A DNA stretch of 64,000 nt from Camelus ferus (GCF_009834535.1 NC_045697.1:98582001-98646000), one strand, 5' to 3'; shown: positions 24,364 through 37,851, counted from the stretch's first letter. Numbers and translations: made by a program. Notes: generated by a model from the sequence alone, not told the origin.

Positions 24364-24812
24364 TGTTATGGGTTGAACTGTGTCCCCCCAAAAGATATGG
24401 ACACCCTAACACTGGGTATCTGGGAAAGTGACCTTATTTTGAAATGGTCTTTGAAGATGAAATCAAGTTAAGATGAAGTAATTAGAATGGGCCCTAATCC
24501 AACATGACTGGTGTCCTTATAAAAAGAGGGAAATTTGGACACAGAGACATGAAGAGAGAATATCACGCGGAGACACGCAGGGAAGACTATGGTGAGTTGG
24601 CGTTACGCTGCCACAAGCCAAGGAATGTCTGAGGTTCACAGAGGCTACAAGTGGCAGGAGGGATTCTCCCCTAGAGGCTTCAGAGGGAGCATGGCCCTGA
24701 CAACACCTTGATTTTAGGCTTCTGCCCTTTAGAATAGTGAGATCATATTTCTGTCATTTTAAGCTACCCAATTTGTGGTACTGTGTTACAGCAGTCCTAG
24801 GAAACTGATACA
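24364..24812 (+). mobile_element. Full-length MLT1C-like MaLR solo LTR
   Basis: TGTTATGGGTTGAACTGTGTCCCCCCAAAAGATATG...GTTACAGCAGTCCTAGGAAACTGATACA; perfect 5-bp TSD AAAAT. Confidence 0.93.
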
Positions 24813-25581
24813 AAAATCATCACAGAATTTTTAAAGAGGGGAGCAGGAGACTAGCATTTATTGAAAATCTATGATGCTGTTCTGGGCTCCATGTTGGATC
24901 CTTCTTTTAATTTAATTCCAACAACTGTGGAAAGAAGGCGTTTGACAAATGAGTAAGTTGACACTCAGAAGGTAAGCAATATGCTGACGTTCCCTCAGCT
25001 GGAAAGGGCTGAGGCTAAGGTTCTGCTTCCAAAGCCCACAATGTTTCCAATGCACCATTGCCAGGGACACATTTTGGCCTGAGAAGACTGATTCAGCAGA
25101 ATTTCATGCACTGATGTTAAGCATCAGTAACTATGCAAACTTTACCCAGGTCAACCAGACCTTCATGGGCCCCCTGGAAGATATGTCAACATCTCCTGAC
25201 TGCCAAATATTGTTGCTAATTGCACTAACACTTCACACTTCGCCAAGTAGTAGTCAAACCCTGTGTTTTTAACCAAAAATTAACTATAATGCTGAAACTG
25301 TGAATAAATAATCCTATCTATTTACCATTAGACTTTCATATGAAATGGAAGAAGTAAAACATGTAGTAGGGTGAATGATTCTTTCTCCAGCAACTACCAA
25401 TCACAGATAATATCCTAAACTTAATTTTTGATTTTAAAAGTTTTGCTTGAATCATCACATTCTCCCAAGGCTTCAAGGACTGCTAGCTGGTAAATGATAA
25501 AGCTGGCAGCCAGGATATGAAAGCCCAACACGCTGTTAGTTTTTAAAATCAATATGGTGTGTAGTTAAGAATTCAGACTTT

Positions 25582-25680
25582 AGAGGGGAGGGTAGAGCAC
25601 ATGCTCAGTATGCAAGAGGTCTTGGGTTCCATTCCCAGGACCTCCATTAAAAATAATAATAATAACAAAGTAAAAAAATA
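25582..25680 (+). mobile_element. Vic-1-type SINE inserted in a MIR head
   Basis: 13-bp TSD AAGAATTCAGACT (25567-25579 / 25681-25693). Confidence 0.88.
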
Positions 25681-28406
25681 AAGAATTCAGACTCTGGAAC
25701 CAGGATGGCTGGGTTCTAATGTGCACAAAGAAGCACGCTGGATTTCAGGCCCCACTCACCCCTTTGGTTGACATCCTTGGTCAGGGCACAACCTGTATAA
25801 CCACACAAGGCAACCCTGCAGGTAAGTTTCAACCTCCCCTGACAACAAGTGATGGTGTTCTCCATGTCACATTAACCACCCAAAACATACCAGTAAAAAG
25901 GAAATGAAACAATCTGTGCGTTCAAAACCATCTGGTATATTTGATACTCATGATATTACTCATGAAATCATGCATTCCCCCTTCCCACAAAAAAAGGAAA
26001 GTAGAAATTATAGGTATTGCTTAGTCACCATAGTTTTTCTCGAGTGGAATCAATCTGGGAGAAAAGAAAGGATTGCAAGGGGACAGTGTTGGGATTTAGT
26101 CAGATTAGCCCCTCGCACATTCATCTGATTCCACTTATCAACCAGTAGTCGGAACATGCCACCCTGGATCTGATTCAGGATGTGTGTCTCCAGGAGGACT
26201 AATTAGCAGCTCATAGAGAAGAGGGTGTCTCCAGTGCCCCATTAATTACAGCGCTCCTGGTAACTAAGGCAGGCCCACATGAATGCCTCCTGCACAGAAA
26301 GGTCACATCCTGGTGTCGCCAGTCAGATCTGTGCAAGATCTTATTGCTGTTCACGGTTATTTCCCTGATAATCACTCCCCAGAGGTCGCTCTGGCTACAA
26401 CCTAGAATATTTGAGCACAGTAATTTGTAAGATTTATGGAAAACAATTTTTCAGAAATGAGCTCTCCATTTTCATAGGACAAATTCCTCTTTCTCTGGTA
26501 AGTGCTGGAGCATACGGAGCACATAAATGTTCTAATGGACAGCATAAAAGTAACATTTTTCTTCTAAAGTTGATGATTTGCACTTAGAGCCTCCAATCCC
26601 ATTTTTTTTTTTACTATAGCAAGTGTTCAGCACAAATTAAAGGGAGGGGGAAAACTCCAATTTTTCAACCTGGCTCTCGCCACAGTACTGTAATGAGCGA
26701 ATCATTTCACAGACTCATATCACTCCCCTCTGGTGCTCCCATCCTCAGGGAGAAAACTGTTATTGAATTTCCCTACCCCCAGTTTAGTTTCCTGCCTGTC
26801 TCTGGTGTTATATACATTGAACTCATTTTTTTCTGAGATTTAACACAATACAACAAAAATGGCCAAAGGCAGTCTTTCTCATCCCTGAGAGGAAAGATTA
26901 ATGGTAGAAACAATCACCTAATGGAAAGTTAAGAAGAAAAAATCAGTCCAAGTACACGTTACCCGTGTGAATGTGCACAGCACCTGGTGGCTCTTTATAA
27001 TCAGAACAATTGCAAACATTATTGAATTTTTTTCTTTTATGACATGAAAGGACAATAACAGGGTCTTGGAATCAGCCATCAAACCATCTGAAGTTAGAAT
27101 AACAGCTGTCCAATTCATTCATTTGTTCAGCCACATCCATCGATTAAGCACTCACCATGTTTTCCACAACTATTTTTTTATCTCCGACTATAACCAATAG
27201 TATTCCTCTTACACACGCATTAGATAGCCTTGCTCTCGTCTCCTTTAATGCCTTCTCTACATCTCTAGCAATTCACTCATCACTTTACACTGCAGTGACC
27301 TGACAATGTTTGTCTTCTGAGCTGCCAGTGGACTGGGGGTGGTTGGTGGGGGTGATGACACATCCTTTTCTCCCTTGAATACTCAGCACCCAGACCAGGT
27401 GCTAAGTGATGAATGACAATGTGTCTTCAATAAAATAATGACACCTCACATGAGAACAAAATAAACTCTGTTCTCCTAAGGCCTATTCTGAGAGTCAAAG
27501 GGAAAGACTGGACTTTGATGAGGAATTATGAAGTGCATGGAACAAGCCCTTCCTCTAAAAGTGAAATTACAGAGGGCTGTTGAAAAGCTGCTCTTAGATA
27601 GTTGTCAGCACTGGAAGGAATTGGAGACATCAGACCGACTCCACTCCTTTCTCAGCTCTCTTTCTACGTGTAGAAAAATGGAAGTTATAAAACACGCTTA
27701 AAACCACTGCAACTTGTTGGTAACTGAGGCATAAATAGAGTCCAGGTTATTGGATGCCCCCAGGCCACATGCCCTGGAAGGCCATGTGCACAACTTGACC
27801 AGCTGTGCAAGACAGACCCTTGGACCACTAACCTCTGCTTTCACAAATGCAACTCTGCATTTTAAAATGCAAATCAGAGAAGAAACATCCTGTGTGTCTT
27901 CTTCTGTTCCCCCTCCATGATTTGTAATGTATTTGACTTGTTCACATCTGCTTCAGGAGCTTTGCAAACCTACCCCCCAACCAAATATCACATCCTCAGG
28001 GAAGCCTTTCCTTATTATTCTCTCACCCCCAGGCTGGATCAGATGCACCTTTTATACACCAGCGGGGTCCCCTGTACTTCATGGGAGTCATCACAGCTTG
28101 AAGTTACGTATCTGTGTGATTGCTTAATTAACATCTGTGAGACTGGCTCCTCTATTAGATTAAGAGGTCATAAATTATGTCTCTAGAGATAAGAGGACTT
28201 CTAAAAGCACATCCCAACCCATTTTTCCTCCACAGTACCAACCTGGGAGTAGAAATAGGATCAGAGTGATAGTATTAAATTCATTCCTTTGAATCTGCCC
28301 CACTTCCTGGCGTAGGCCCTTCAAACTCAACTCAAGACAATTAATCCTCCAGGGTTCAGGAGTTCAAGGGTGTGTCTCCCATGTGCTCACACTTGAGATC
28401 TCTCAG

Positions 28407-28994
28407 TAATACAGGAAAATGGGGCGCGAGAGGATGGCCATGTCCCAGGTCACAGGCAAGTCCCTAGGATGTGCCCCATCAAGTGAGGGTCCTTGGCTTC
28501 GTGCGGGAAAGAATTCAAGAGCGAGCCATGGTAGAGTGAAAATAGATTTATTCAGGGAGATACACACTTCATAGACAGAGTGCGGGCTGTCTCAGAAGGC
28601 AAGAGAGAGCAACAGGGGGGCCTAGGAGACACACATTCTATAGGCAGAAGGCGGGCATCTTACTCAGAAGGGAGAGCGGCCACGAGGTGCAGGGCTGTTC
28701 GTTTTTATGGGCTGGGTAATTTCATATGCTAACAAGTGGGAGGATTATTCCAACTACGCTGGAGAAGGGGCTGGGATTCCCAGGAATTGGGCCATCACTC
28801 ACTTTTTGACCTTTTAGGGTCAGCCTTGAAATTGTCCTGGCACCTGTGGGAGTGTCATTTAGCAGCTGTTGTATTTCAGTAAGTGTGTAATGAAGCTCAA
28901 GTCCTACTGGGAGTTGAGTCTTCCACCATATTGGTGCTAATTGCTGTGTTATTTTTTTTTAATGGTTTGCCCTGCTCCCTTACCTCTTGTCTCA
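28407..28994 (-). mobile_element. ERV1-type solo LTR (TGAGACAGGAGG family, copy 1)
   Basis: Reverse complement starts TGAGACAAGAGG and aligns with 32922, 41818 and 63593; TSD TCAG/TGAG. Confidence 0.9.
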
Positions 28995-29689
28995 TGAGCT
29001 GTCCTGAGACACCTGCTGTCCTTGGACTGTCTCTGTGTGGGGTGCTGGCTCCCTGCAGCTATGTGCTGCTGAGACCTCTATGTGCCTCAAACCCATCTTA
29101 GTTGTTGTCCATGATACACAGGTCCCAGTCACAGAGATTTTCATCAACCCATACTTTCTATGTTTACTCCCAGCCCCTGCTCCCTAGGACTCAAGACCGG
29201 AGTCCCTCAAGGTTGGGAGAAAAAAAAAGATACCCACCTCTCCCATCTGGTCTGGAAGCAAAAGCTTAGATCACACTTACATATTCCTTGACGCCCTTCA
29301 ACCTTCAAATGAATTCTTTGCCAGAAGCCTCCTTGGTGATATTAATAGACCCCTGCATGGTCTACCGAAGGGGCCTTCCAGTTACCCGAGGCCTGTGTGC
29401 ATTTTAAGTGAACAGAACTAAATCTGAAGCTTGGATCCCCGCTAAATTCAGAGAAAGTGGCAGAATGTCAGTGCCTGTGGGAGGAGAGGAGCAGCAAGTG
29501 GAGCCTTCTTCCTGGCTCAGAGCAGAGAAGCTCCACGTGCACCCATTCATCTAACAGCTACAACAGAGAGCAAGGATTTCCGGACAGAGCCCACGCACGG
29601 GCACCGAGAATTCCAGCCAGAGACACTTCATGACTTGCAAATCTTGACAGAGTCGTGAAGAATATGGCCCTGTGACTTCAGGGACAGGC

Positions 29690-29930
29690 AAGGATGGAGG
29701 GAAAGCCATCAGCTGAGGACTCTGACAGGACTGATTTGAATCTTGGTTCCAACATTTGCCAGATGTATGAGCTGGGGCAAGTCTCTGAGCTTCCATCAAC
29801 CACAGTTTCCTCATCAGATACCAGGACCATCTCGATTTCTCAGGAAAACTAAAAAAAAACAGGTTGGTAAATTATCCAACAGAGTGCTGGGGACATGGCA
29901 GATGCTCAATAAATATCCATTCCCTTTGCT
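29690..29930 (+). mobile_element. MIR SINE
   Basis: GATTTGAATCTTGGTTCC...CTGGGGCAAGTCTCTGAGC...CAGTTTCCTCATC...GATGCTCAATAAATAT. Confidence 0.7.
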
Positions 29931-30264
29931 GTGACCTCTTTTTTAAATCTGTTCTAATTTTTACAATCATTCCTTCTCAAGAAATTTTGGTTTAAAACTT
30001 TTCCATAAAAATGTTGAAAATACATCTTTCATTAACTACTAGTTAAAAATTCTACTGCACTCTTAGAGTTTACTATTGCATCATGAAGTCCAAGAAATGA
30101 CACTCACTATTAATAAACTATTTCCTGGACTTATTCCTTCTAATGGTGGGGGTGCGGAGGGAACATTATTTTCCTCTACTTTGAAAATAGCTTCCAATTC
30201 AACAAGCCTATCTTAAGTGAAAAGATGGGAAACTAATATTTACTACCTACTATGTGCCAAGGTG

Positions 30265-30505
30265 GCAGTAAAACTTGGCAGCTAATTGCTTGAGCTTTGG
30301 AACCACATGCCTAGATTTAAAAATCTAGTGTCCACTCCTTAATTAGCTGTGTGATCTTGGGCAGATAACATAAATTCTTGGTGAGTTTTCACCCACAAAA
30401 TGGTGGTGATTGTACCTACCTCATAGGTGGTTGTGACGATTAAGTGAGTTAATTACAACAATGTATAGCACATAATAAATGCTCAATAAATATTAGCCAT
30501 TATTA
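30265..30505 (+). mobile_element. MIR SINE
   Basis: TTAGCTGTGTGATCTTGGGCAG...GTACCTACCTCATAGGTGGTTGTGACGATTAAGTGAGTTAAT...GCTCAATAAATATTAGCCATTATT. Confidence 0.8.
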
Positions 30506-30924
30506 CTTTCCCGTGTTATGTATAGCTTGACCCTCACAGCAGCCCTCCAAGGTCTGTAATTGGATAGCAGACAGGACCTTGGCATTCTTGCCCATTTATG
30601 AGCCCAAAGACTTCACCTTTTCTTTACAGCCTGACACTTTCCAGGAGGCTGCAACTGGTTCTCTTGAAGTTTTAAAACAATAAACAAAACATTAATTATG
30701 AGATGGATGTCACCTATGTTCTAAAAGCACAGTTGACATAAAACTTGTTCTCCTACATTTGCTAACTCTAGGTTAAACACATGAATTTTAAGGCTACTAT
30801 TGTTTCAGATTAAATTATGGCCACATTCATGGTGACTGAACCCTGCAGCCACCTGGCAGCCAGAAGATAGCATTTTAAACCAAAAGTTATATAACTGTTT
30901 CAGTAAACAAAAGAGGGAAAGGAA

Positions 30925-32190
30925 CTCCTGTTTATTGAGTGCCAGGATGTTGTGCAAAGCATTCTACATTTGTTATTTAATTCTCTCGGAAAGTAGGTGC
31001 CATTTCCCCCGTTTTCTAGATGAAGAAATTAAAGCTCAGACAGGTTACGTAGGTCTGAGGTCAGATAGCCAGCAAGTGTCAGAGGCAGCATAAGACAGGG
31101 AGACACCTGGCACCAATACCTTAGAAAGAAGTCATCTTCCATAAACTCTTGGCATCTCTTTGTGACCTCCTCTCAAACCCCTTGTTTAAATACTAGTTAA
31201 AGCTTATCAGGTGTTTCCTGTGTACCAGGCTCTGCTCTAAGCACGTACAGGCAATATTTCATTGACTTTCCACAGTCCAAGGAGTCCAGAGGAGGAAACC
31301 AACCTTGAGGAGTTAATAGGCTGTTTCATGTCACACGTCCTGGAGGTGGAGCCAGGTGATTTCAGAGTACGTGATCTTAAATACTAGGCTAGGCTCTCTC
31401 CCTATAAAGAGGTGTGCGCCTGGAAAGTGAACCCAGTATTCTTTCTATGTCAACATAGTAAACTAGAAAGAGCCCCGGACTGGAGACACTTGATCTGGGT
31501 TCTAATCCTCACTCTTTCACTATACAATTTTAAGCAACATAATCACTCTAGGATTTAGTTTCCTTATCTGTAAACTGGAGAGGTTGAACTTGGGTTTATT
31601 CCAGTGCTAGAATTCTGTGACTTACAACATATCAGTATAGGTGGCATAAGCAAGTCAGCAGAGGAAATTCATTTGGTCATAGATAATCTTCCTCATCAAA
31701 GAGACCTGGGGATTGAACCCAGGACCTCATGCATGCTAAGTACACACTCTACCACTGAGCTATACCCTCTCCCCAAAGAGACCAATTAAGACCCCAAGGC
31801 AATTTGTTAGCATTTACCTGAGATAGAAACTTGCTTTAAAACTCATATTTTGCCACATGAGAGAATACACTTAATATGTTAATTTAGAATTAACATGCCA
31901 TTCATATGAAAGTGACAGTTTGGCACATATCGCATGTAGATTTTTCTGTCTGGGCTTGATGGATGGATACATAGATAGAGCAATGGAGCCAGGGAGACCT
32001 GTGTTGTTATGCTGCCTCTGACATGTGACTGGCTGCCTGACCTTTGGAGGAGGCAGATAACCTCTCTGGGCTTTAATGGCCTCACCCAGAAAGAGGGGGG
32101 AAATATTACCTACTTTGCCTGAAGGAATTAAATAACAAATGTCAAATGCTTAGCACAACATACTGACACTCAATAAATAAGAGTTCCTAT
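30925..32190. mobile_element. Cluster of diverged MIR/MIR3 fragments in both orientations
   Basis: CCCCGTTTTCTAGATGAAGAAATTAAAGCTCAGA (-); CTGGGTTCTAATCCTCACTCT...AGTTTCCTTATCTGTAAA (+); ATGCTTAGCACAACATACTGACACTCAATAAAT (+). Confidence 0.6.
31707..31773 (-). mobile_element. Tailless (3'-truncated) Vic-1-type SINE
   Basis: tRNA-like head only, ending TCAATCCCCA with no A tail; 10-bp TSD CAAAGAGACC (31697-31706 / 31774-31783). Confidence 0.88.
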
Positions 32191-32921
32191 TCCCTTTTTG
32201 TTTATTAAAACAGAGAAAGAAAGATATACACATGCACACATAATCCTTAACTTTAAAAATTCAAAGACTGATAAAAAAAAAAAAAAAAAGACAAGGACTA
32301 CAAAGAAATACTCCCAGAGTGAATTGAAAAGATGGACTAGGGGTCGGGGGCAACCATCTAAACCCAGATGTCTCCTCCTTTAGGGGCAGGGCGAGGGAGA
32401 GGATGAGAAAGTCACAGCCAGGCTGTAAAATGCTGCCAATCCACTGAGAGTTGTTTACTGACTTCTTCCCCACTGCTTCCTCCCAGGCTTCAGGGACCAA
32501 AACAGAGAACTCCAAATGCAAGTATTTCTCCCCGAGGATTTTTCCGTGGGAATTCATGTTGTCATTCACTAATGTCTCTGTTGCCAATTTTAACCACTGA
32601 AAATCACAGAAATCTGCTAAGGAAATGTTTGCAAGGCTTCCCATGCAGACTGACAAAGCAGCAGGCCCCTTTGACATATTTGGAGGAGTCATCAGAAGCA
32701 CTTTCTGGCGAACTGACAGTTCCTGGGACACAGGAAGAGAATAAAAACAAGGCTTCTCAACAGGTCAAGCCAAATGCCAGGAAAGGGAGCCAGAGAACCA
32801 AGCAAGCAGATTTTGTCTTTTTTTTTTTAATTGAAATTTTTATTGTGAGATCACTGTAAATGCAGAGGCAGTTGTAAGAGATAATACAGGGAGATCCTGT
32901 GTGGCTTTACCCTGTTCCCCC

Positions 32922-33503
32922 TGAGACAGGAGGAAAGGGGACAGAGCACAAACAATAAAGGAAGGACACAGCAATTGAAGACAGTACAAAAATTGGTTAG
33001 AACCAAGAAGGCAGAAGGTTCACCTTCCAGGAGACCTCGAGCCTCATTATACGCTCATCATAATATATTAACATGGTAAATACCACTCCCACAGGTGCCA
33101 TGACAGTTCTGAGGCTGGCCATAAAAGGCCAAAAAGTGGGCAGTGCCCCAATTCCTGGGAATCCCAGCCCCTTCCCCAAAGTGGTTGGAATAATCCTCCC
33201 ACCTGTTAGCATATGAAATTACCCAGCCCATAAAAACTAACCACCCCTACACCTTGTGGCCAGTCTCATTTTTCTAGATGATCCCATGCCCTGGGGCCAC
33301 TTCTCACCTGCTCTCTCTCTCTCTGTCGCCTTCAGAGACGACCCACACTATCTATGGAGTGTGTATCTCCCTGAGCTTCACTCTATTATAGCTCACTCTT
33401 GAATTCTTTCCTGTGTGAATCCAGGGACCCTCACTTGATGGAGTGCATCCCAGGAACTCACCTGGGACATGGCCATCCTTTCATGCTCCATTTTCCTGCA
33501 ACA
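32922..33503 (+). mobile_element. ERV1-type solo LTR (TGAGACAGGAGG family, copy 2)
   Basis: TGAGACAGG...TTTTCCTGCAACA; TSD CCCC; interrupts L1. Confidence 0.92.
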
Positions 33504-34629
33504 CCCCCAGGGGTAACAAACTGGAAAACTGTACCACAGTATCACAACCAAGATACTGATAATGATACAGTCAATTACCACTGACACCAGAACATCTCCA
33601 TCACCACAAGGATCCTCATGGTGGACTTTTATAGTCACATGTAGCATCCCCCACTCCTGGCAACCATTAATCTATTCTTCTTTTCTGTAAGTTTGTCAGA
33701 CAGAATGTTATGTAAATGGAATCATCCAGTATATAACCTTTTGGGATTTAATTCTCTAGAGATTCACTCAGTTGTTGTAACTTTTTATTGCTACGTAGTA
33801 CTCCATGATGTGGCTGTATCACTGTTTAACCATTTACCTGCTGGAGGACATCTGGATTGTTTCCAGGTTTTGGCTATTACTAATGAAGTTGCTATAAACA
33901 TTCATGTACAGGTTTTTGTACTTAAGTCTTTGTTTCTCTGGGATAAATGTCTAGGAGTGCAATTGTTGGGTTGTACGGCAGTTGGATGTTTTGTTTTGTT
34001 AAAAACTGCCAAACTATTTCCCAGAGTGGCTGTAATATTTTAAATTCCCACCAACAATGTATGAGAGATCCAGTTTCTCCTCACCCTTGCCAACATTTAA
34101 TGCTTCCATTATTTTTTTTTTTTTTAGCCATTCTGATAGGCACGCAAGGGTATCCCATTGTGATTTTTAACTTCCATTGCCCTGATAGCTAATGCTCCTG
34201 AGCATCTTTTCATGTGTTTGGTTGCCTTTGTGGGATATACGGTTTGCAAATATTTTTTCCCACTTTGAGCTTGTCTTTTCATCCTCTTAACAAAGTCTTC
34301 TGGGGGACAAATGTTTCAGTTTTGATGGCATCCAATCTATCCATTTTTCCTTTCCAGGATTGTGTTATTAGTGTCAATTCTAAGAATTCTCTGCCTAGCA
34401 CTTGATCCTGAAGATTTTCTCCTATTTTTTTCCTTAAAATGTTATGATTTTATATTTTACACTTAAGTCTGATCTATTTCAAGCTAATTTTTATAGCTTA
34501 GGTCAAGGTTCATTTTTTTTTTTTTTTTTTGCCTTTGCATAGCCAACTCTTCTAGCATCATTTGTTGAAAGTCTACTTTTCCTCCATTAAAATGCTTTTA
34601 CATCTTTGTCAAGAATCAGGAACATTTAA

Positions 34630-34965
34630 GGGGAGGATATAACTCTGTGGTAGAGTTCCTGCTTAGCATGCATGAGGTCCTGGGTTCAATCCCCAGTACT
34701 GCCATTTAAAAAAATAAGCAAACAACAAACAAACAAACCTAATTACCTCCTCCTGCCCCCAAAAAATGTAGAATTAAAAAAAAAAAAAAAGAATCAGGCA
34801 TATTCAGGGGGAGGATATAGCTCTGTGGTAGAGTTCCTTCTTAGCATGCATGAGGTCCCGGCTTCAATCCCCAGTACCTCCATTAAAATTAAATAAATAA
34901 ATAAATAAATAACCAATCTAATTACCTCTCTCCCCCTCCCACACACAAACAAAATCAACTTTAAA
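34630..34965 (+). mobile_element. Tandem pair of Vic-1-type SINEs (34630-34788, 34807-34963)
   Basis: Two full bodies; the target sequence AAGA(A)ATCAGG(A/C)A.ATT occurs three times (34611, 34789, 34964). Confidence 0.93.
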
Positions 34966-37043
34966 GAAATCAGGCATATTTATGTGGGTCTTATTTCTGG
35001 GTTCTCTGTACTGTTCTATTAATCAACTGTCTATCTCTCCACCAGTACTGCACAGTCTTGATTACTCTAGCTATATAATAAGTCTTGAAATTGGGTATAC
35101 TGATTCCTCCCACTTTATTCTTTTTCCAAAGTGATTTAGGTTGGTGCTAATGATCCAAGCAGGATGTCAGCCTCCAGGAAGGGGAGTTCATGTAGATGAG
35201 TGTTCCCCGATGTTTGCCACCATGTCTAATCCCTCGGATTAGTCACAGCCAGCCATCCTTCACCTCCCCAGGAGACACTCCAATACAAATGGTGGTGATA
35301 ATGCCTCACTTTTGGAGGACAGGGTTCATTTTGAGCAGAGCTGAGAAGAGCCTTGGAAGATGAGGTCTGGATGGAGGCCCAGGTTCTTCATTCCTACTGA
35401 ATCCCCATATTGATGCTGCTAGGACCAGAAGAGTAGCAAGAGTGTAGATGGACAATGTGTATTATAAAGTCAGAAAGAACTGCCTTTGAATTCTGCTTTT
35501 GCAACTTACTAGCAGATGTGGCTTTCAGCGAGTCACTTCACCTCTCTGAGCATTCTTTCCCATCTACAAAACAGGTATAATTAATGCCTACCTTTACCCA
35601 TCCCATGCCAGGTGTTCGGGAGATGGAACCCTGTTATAGGCTGAAGTTAACAGCACAGGAGCCTAGTTGGATGTTGAGTCTATCCAAACTCTTTTCCCAT
35701 TGGTGTTAGATCATTTCCGAGGAAGTCTGTTTTGCCTTCCAACCCAGTTGGATGGTGGTGATGGTTGCACAACTGTATGAATCTACTAAATGCCACCGAA
35801 GTGTACACTTCAAAAATGGCTAAAGTAGTAACTTTACCTACAATTAAGGCAAAAAAACAGTTGGAGATGTTATAGATATATGTATCTATATATATACACA
35901 TAAATATATATATATACACACACATACGTACACATATAAGAATTTTTATATCATTAGTTTATAATAAAACGATTGACTCTCAATCTGCTTTCCTTAAAAG
36001 AAAAAAAAATAAAGAATAAAGAAAACATGGCTAACATTCCACTCCTATTTTCAATACTCTAAAAAACATCAGCTTCTTAACAGATGTTTTAAATCTACCC
36101 TTGTTTCTTGTTCTTTTGGGTTTGGTTTTTTTTTTTTTTTTTTTTTGAGATTTATAACATAGAAAGTCATGTAATGAATAAATTAGATAGTCAAGGGCCC
36201 ATCAGAGAAACATGAATAAATTATATCTTCATCCTAAAGATTTTGCTTACAATGCTGCAAATTTACTTCAGGAAAGAAACTTATTTTATATTTAAGTTCA
36301 TTTATATATCAAACTATGTCTGAGAAAATAAAATAATCTATCAAGTTGTCTGGGATGACTGGGCTTTTTAAATTCCCTTTATGCTTCTTTCATAGTTCAA
36401 AGAACTTAAGAGGTCATCTTCCTGCTACTTGCTGATTTTTTTTTCTTTTTCTTTTTTTGTAATTTCATCCCGTATTTTGCTCTTACTTCATTATTCACTG
36501 TCATTTTCATGATCATGAAGTAACATTTCTCTAGTTCCTGTTGGAGACTATATGACTTGGTGACACAGGTCCTGTGGCCGGATCATTGAGTCATCATCCA
36601 TGCAACTAGCGCTTTCCATTAGCCCAGGAAACCACGAAGTCTGGAAAAGACCTCACCCCACCTTTGGGGCCCCACCTAGTCCTTCTGTGGTGCCTCTGCT
36701 CTCTTCACACACACACACACATACGGGGCTTTTTCACAGTGCTGGGACCCCGAAAGGGAAGACGCCCATGATTATGGAGGCTGAGATTGAAAGGACAGAG
36801 TCTCCCCCTCCCACTGTTTGCAGGGAACCCATTGGTCCTCAGCTAGGAGGTCACTGGGGAGATAGCGGAGTCTGCTCCACTTTTACCACACATCCTTACA
36901 ACCCCTTCTCCGCCCAGCACCCATTTTATGTTTTATGTTTTGCATTTTTAAATGTGGTTTATACTTAAGGAAGTAAGTCAGTTTTTGTTTTTGTTTTTGG
37001 TTGCTTACCCTTCAATAGCTTTTCACTGGCCTTAGAATAAAAC

Positions 37044-37516
37044 TGTAAATGAAGAAGAACACAGATCATCGCTCACCACTCAGTCACACAAGGATTAGGA
37101 CGTCAGCCAATGCAGTCACTGACCAATGGTGCACTGTGAGGAAATTAGGATAATAACAGAATGAGTTACTCTGTGCTTTGGACAAGCAGGCCACTTAGAT
37201 AGTTAGATGAATACCTCAGGATGCATTTTAATGAATGCAGACTCCCACATCTTCCCATACATAGAAAGCCACTAAAATGATTAACCTGGGATATCTGGTC
37301 TTTTTGTGAATAGCAGTCATCTTTACCAAGATGTATGCCTGACTGCACATATTTCCCACCAAAAATCCTATAGAAACTGACTTCTCCTCGACCTTTCCAG
37401 AGCAGTTTCCTCAGAGCTACTGAGATGATGTCTCTCAGGTTATACTCTCCAGTAAGACCCAGAATAGAACTTAAACTCACAATTCTTATGTTGTGCCTTT
37501 TTCTTTTAAGTCAACA
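37044..37516 (+). mobile_element. ERV1-type solo LTR (related to 40207-40670)
   Basis: TGTAAATGAAG...TTAAGTCAACA; TSD AAAC/AAAT; shares ATGGTGCACT.TGAGG and CAGAGCAG...CCTCAG with 40207. Confidence 0.85.
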
Positions 37517-37851
37517 AAATCCAAGCTCTTTATATGACAGTTGTGATCTGGTTCCTATCACATGGGCTCCTTCTGTCCCTGAACATCATCAAATGACTTT
37601 CCCACCTCAAGACCATTACCCTGGCAGTTCCCTGTCCCCACCCTTCCCCAAGGGTCTCATCCCCAACCTTCAGTCTCACTTCAGGTATTACTCATTCTCT
37701 GTCACATCATTCTATTTACTTCCTTCATAGCACTGACCACACTGTATAATTATCCTCTTTATTTTGCTGACCTATTATCTTTGTCTTCTCCCTTAACTAG
37801 AATGTAAGTTCCATAAGGGTCCCTTGTCTGTCTTGTTCACTATTGTATGCC

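Larger units (their letters stand above)
32822..35136 (-). mobile_element. Old L1 (L1MC-like) hosting an LTR and two SINEs
   Basis: GCAGTTGTAAGAGATAATACAGGGAGATCCTGTGT continues after the LTR with CAGGGGTAACAAACTGGAAAACTGTA...GGACATCTGGATTGTTTCCAGGTTTTGGCTATTAC. Confidence 0.88.

Noticed and set aside
32261..32859. Overlapping 156-aa (-) and 95-aa (+) ORFs
   Set aside because: No recognisable protein family; both end in low-complexity or L1 tail sequence; no supporting exon structure.
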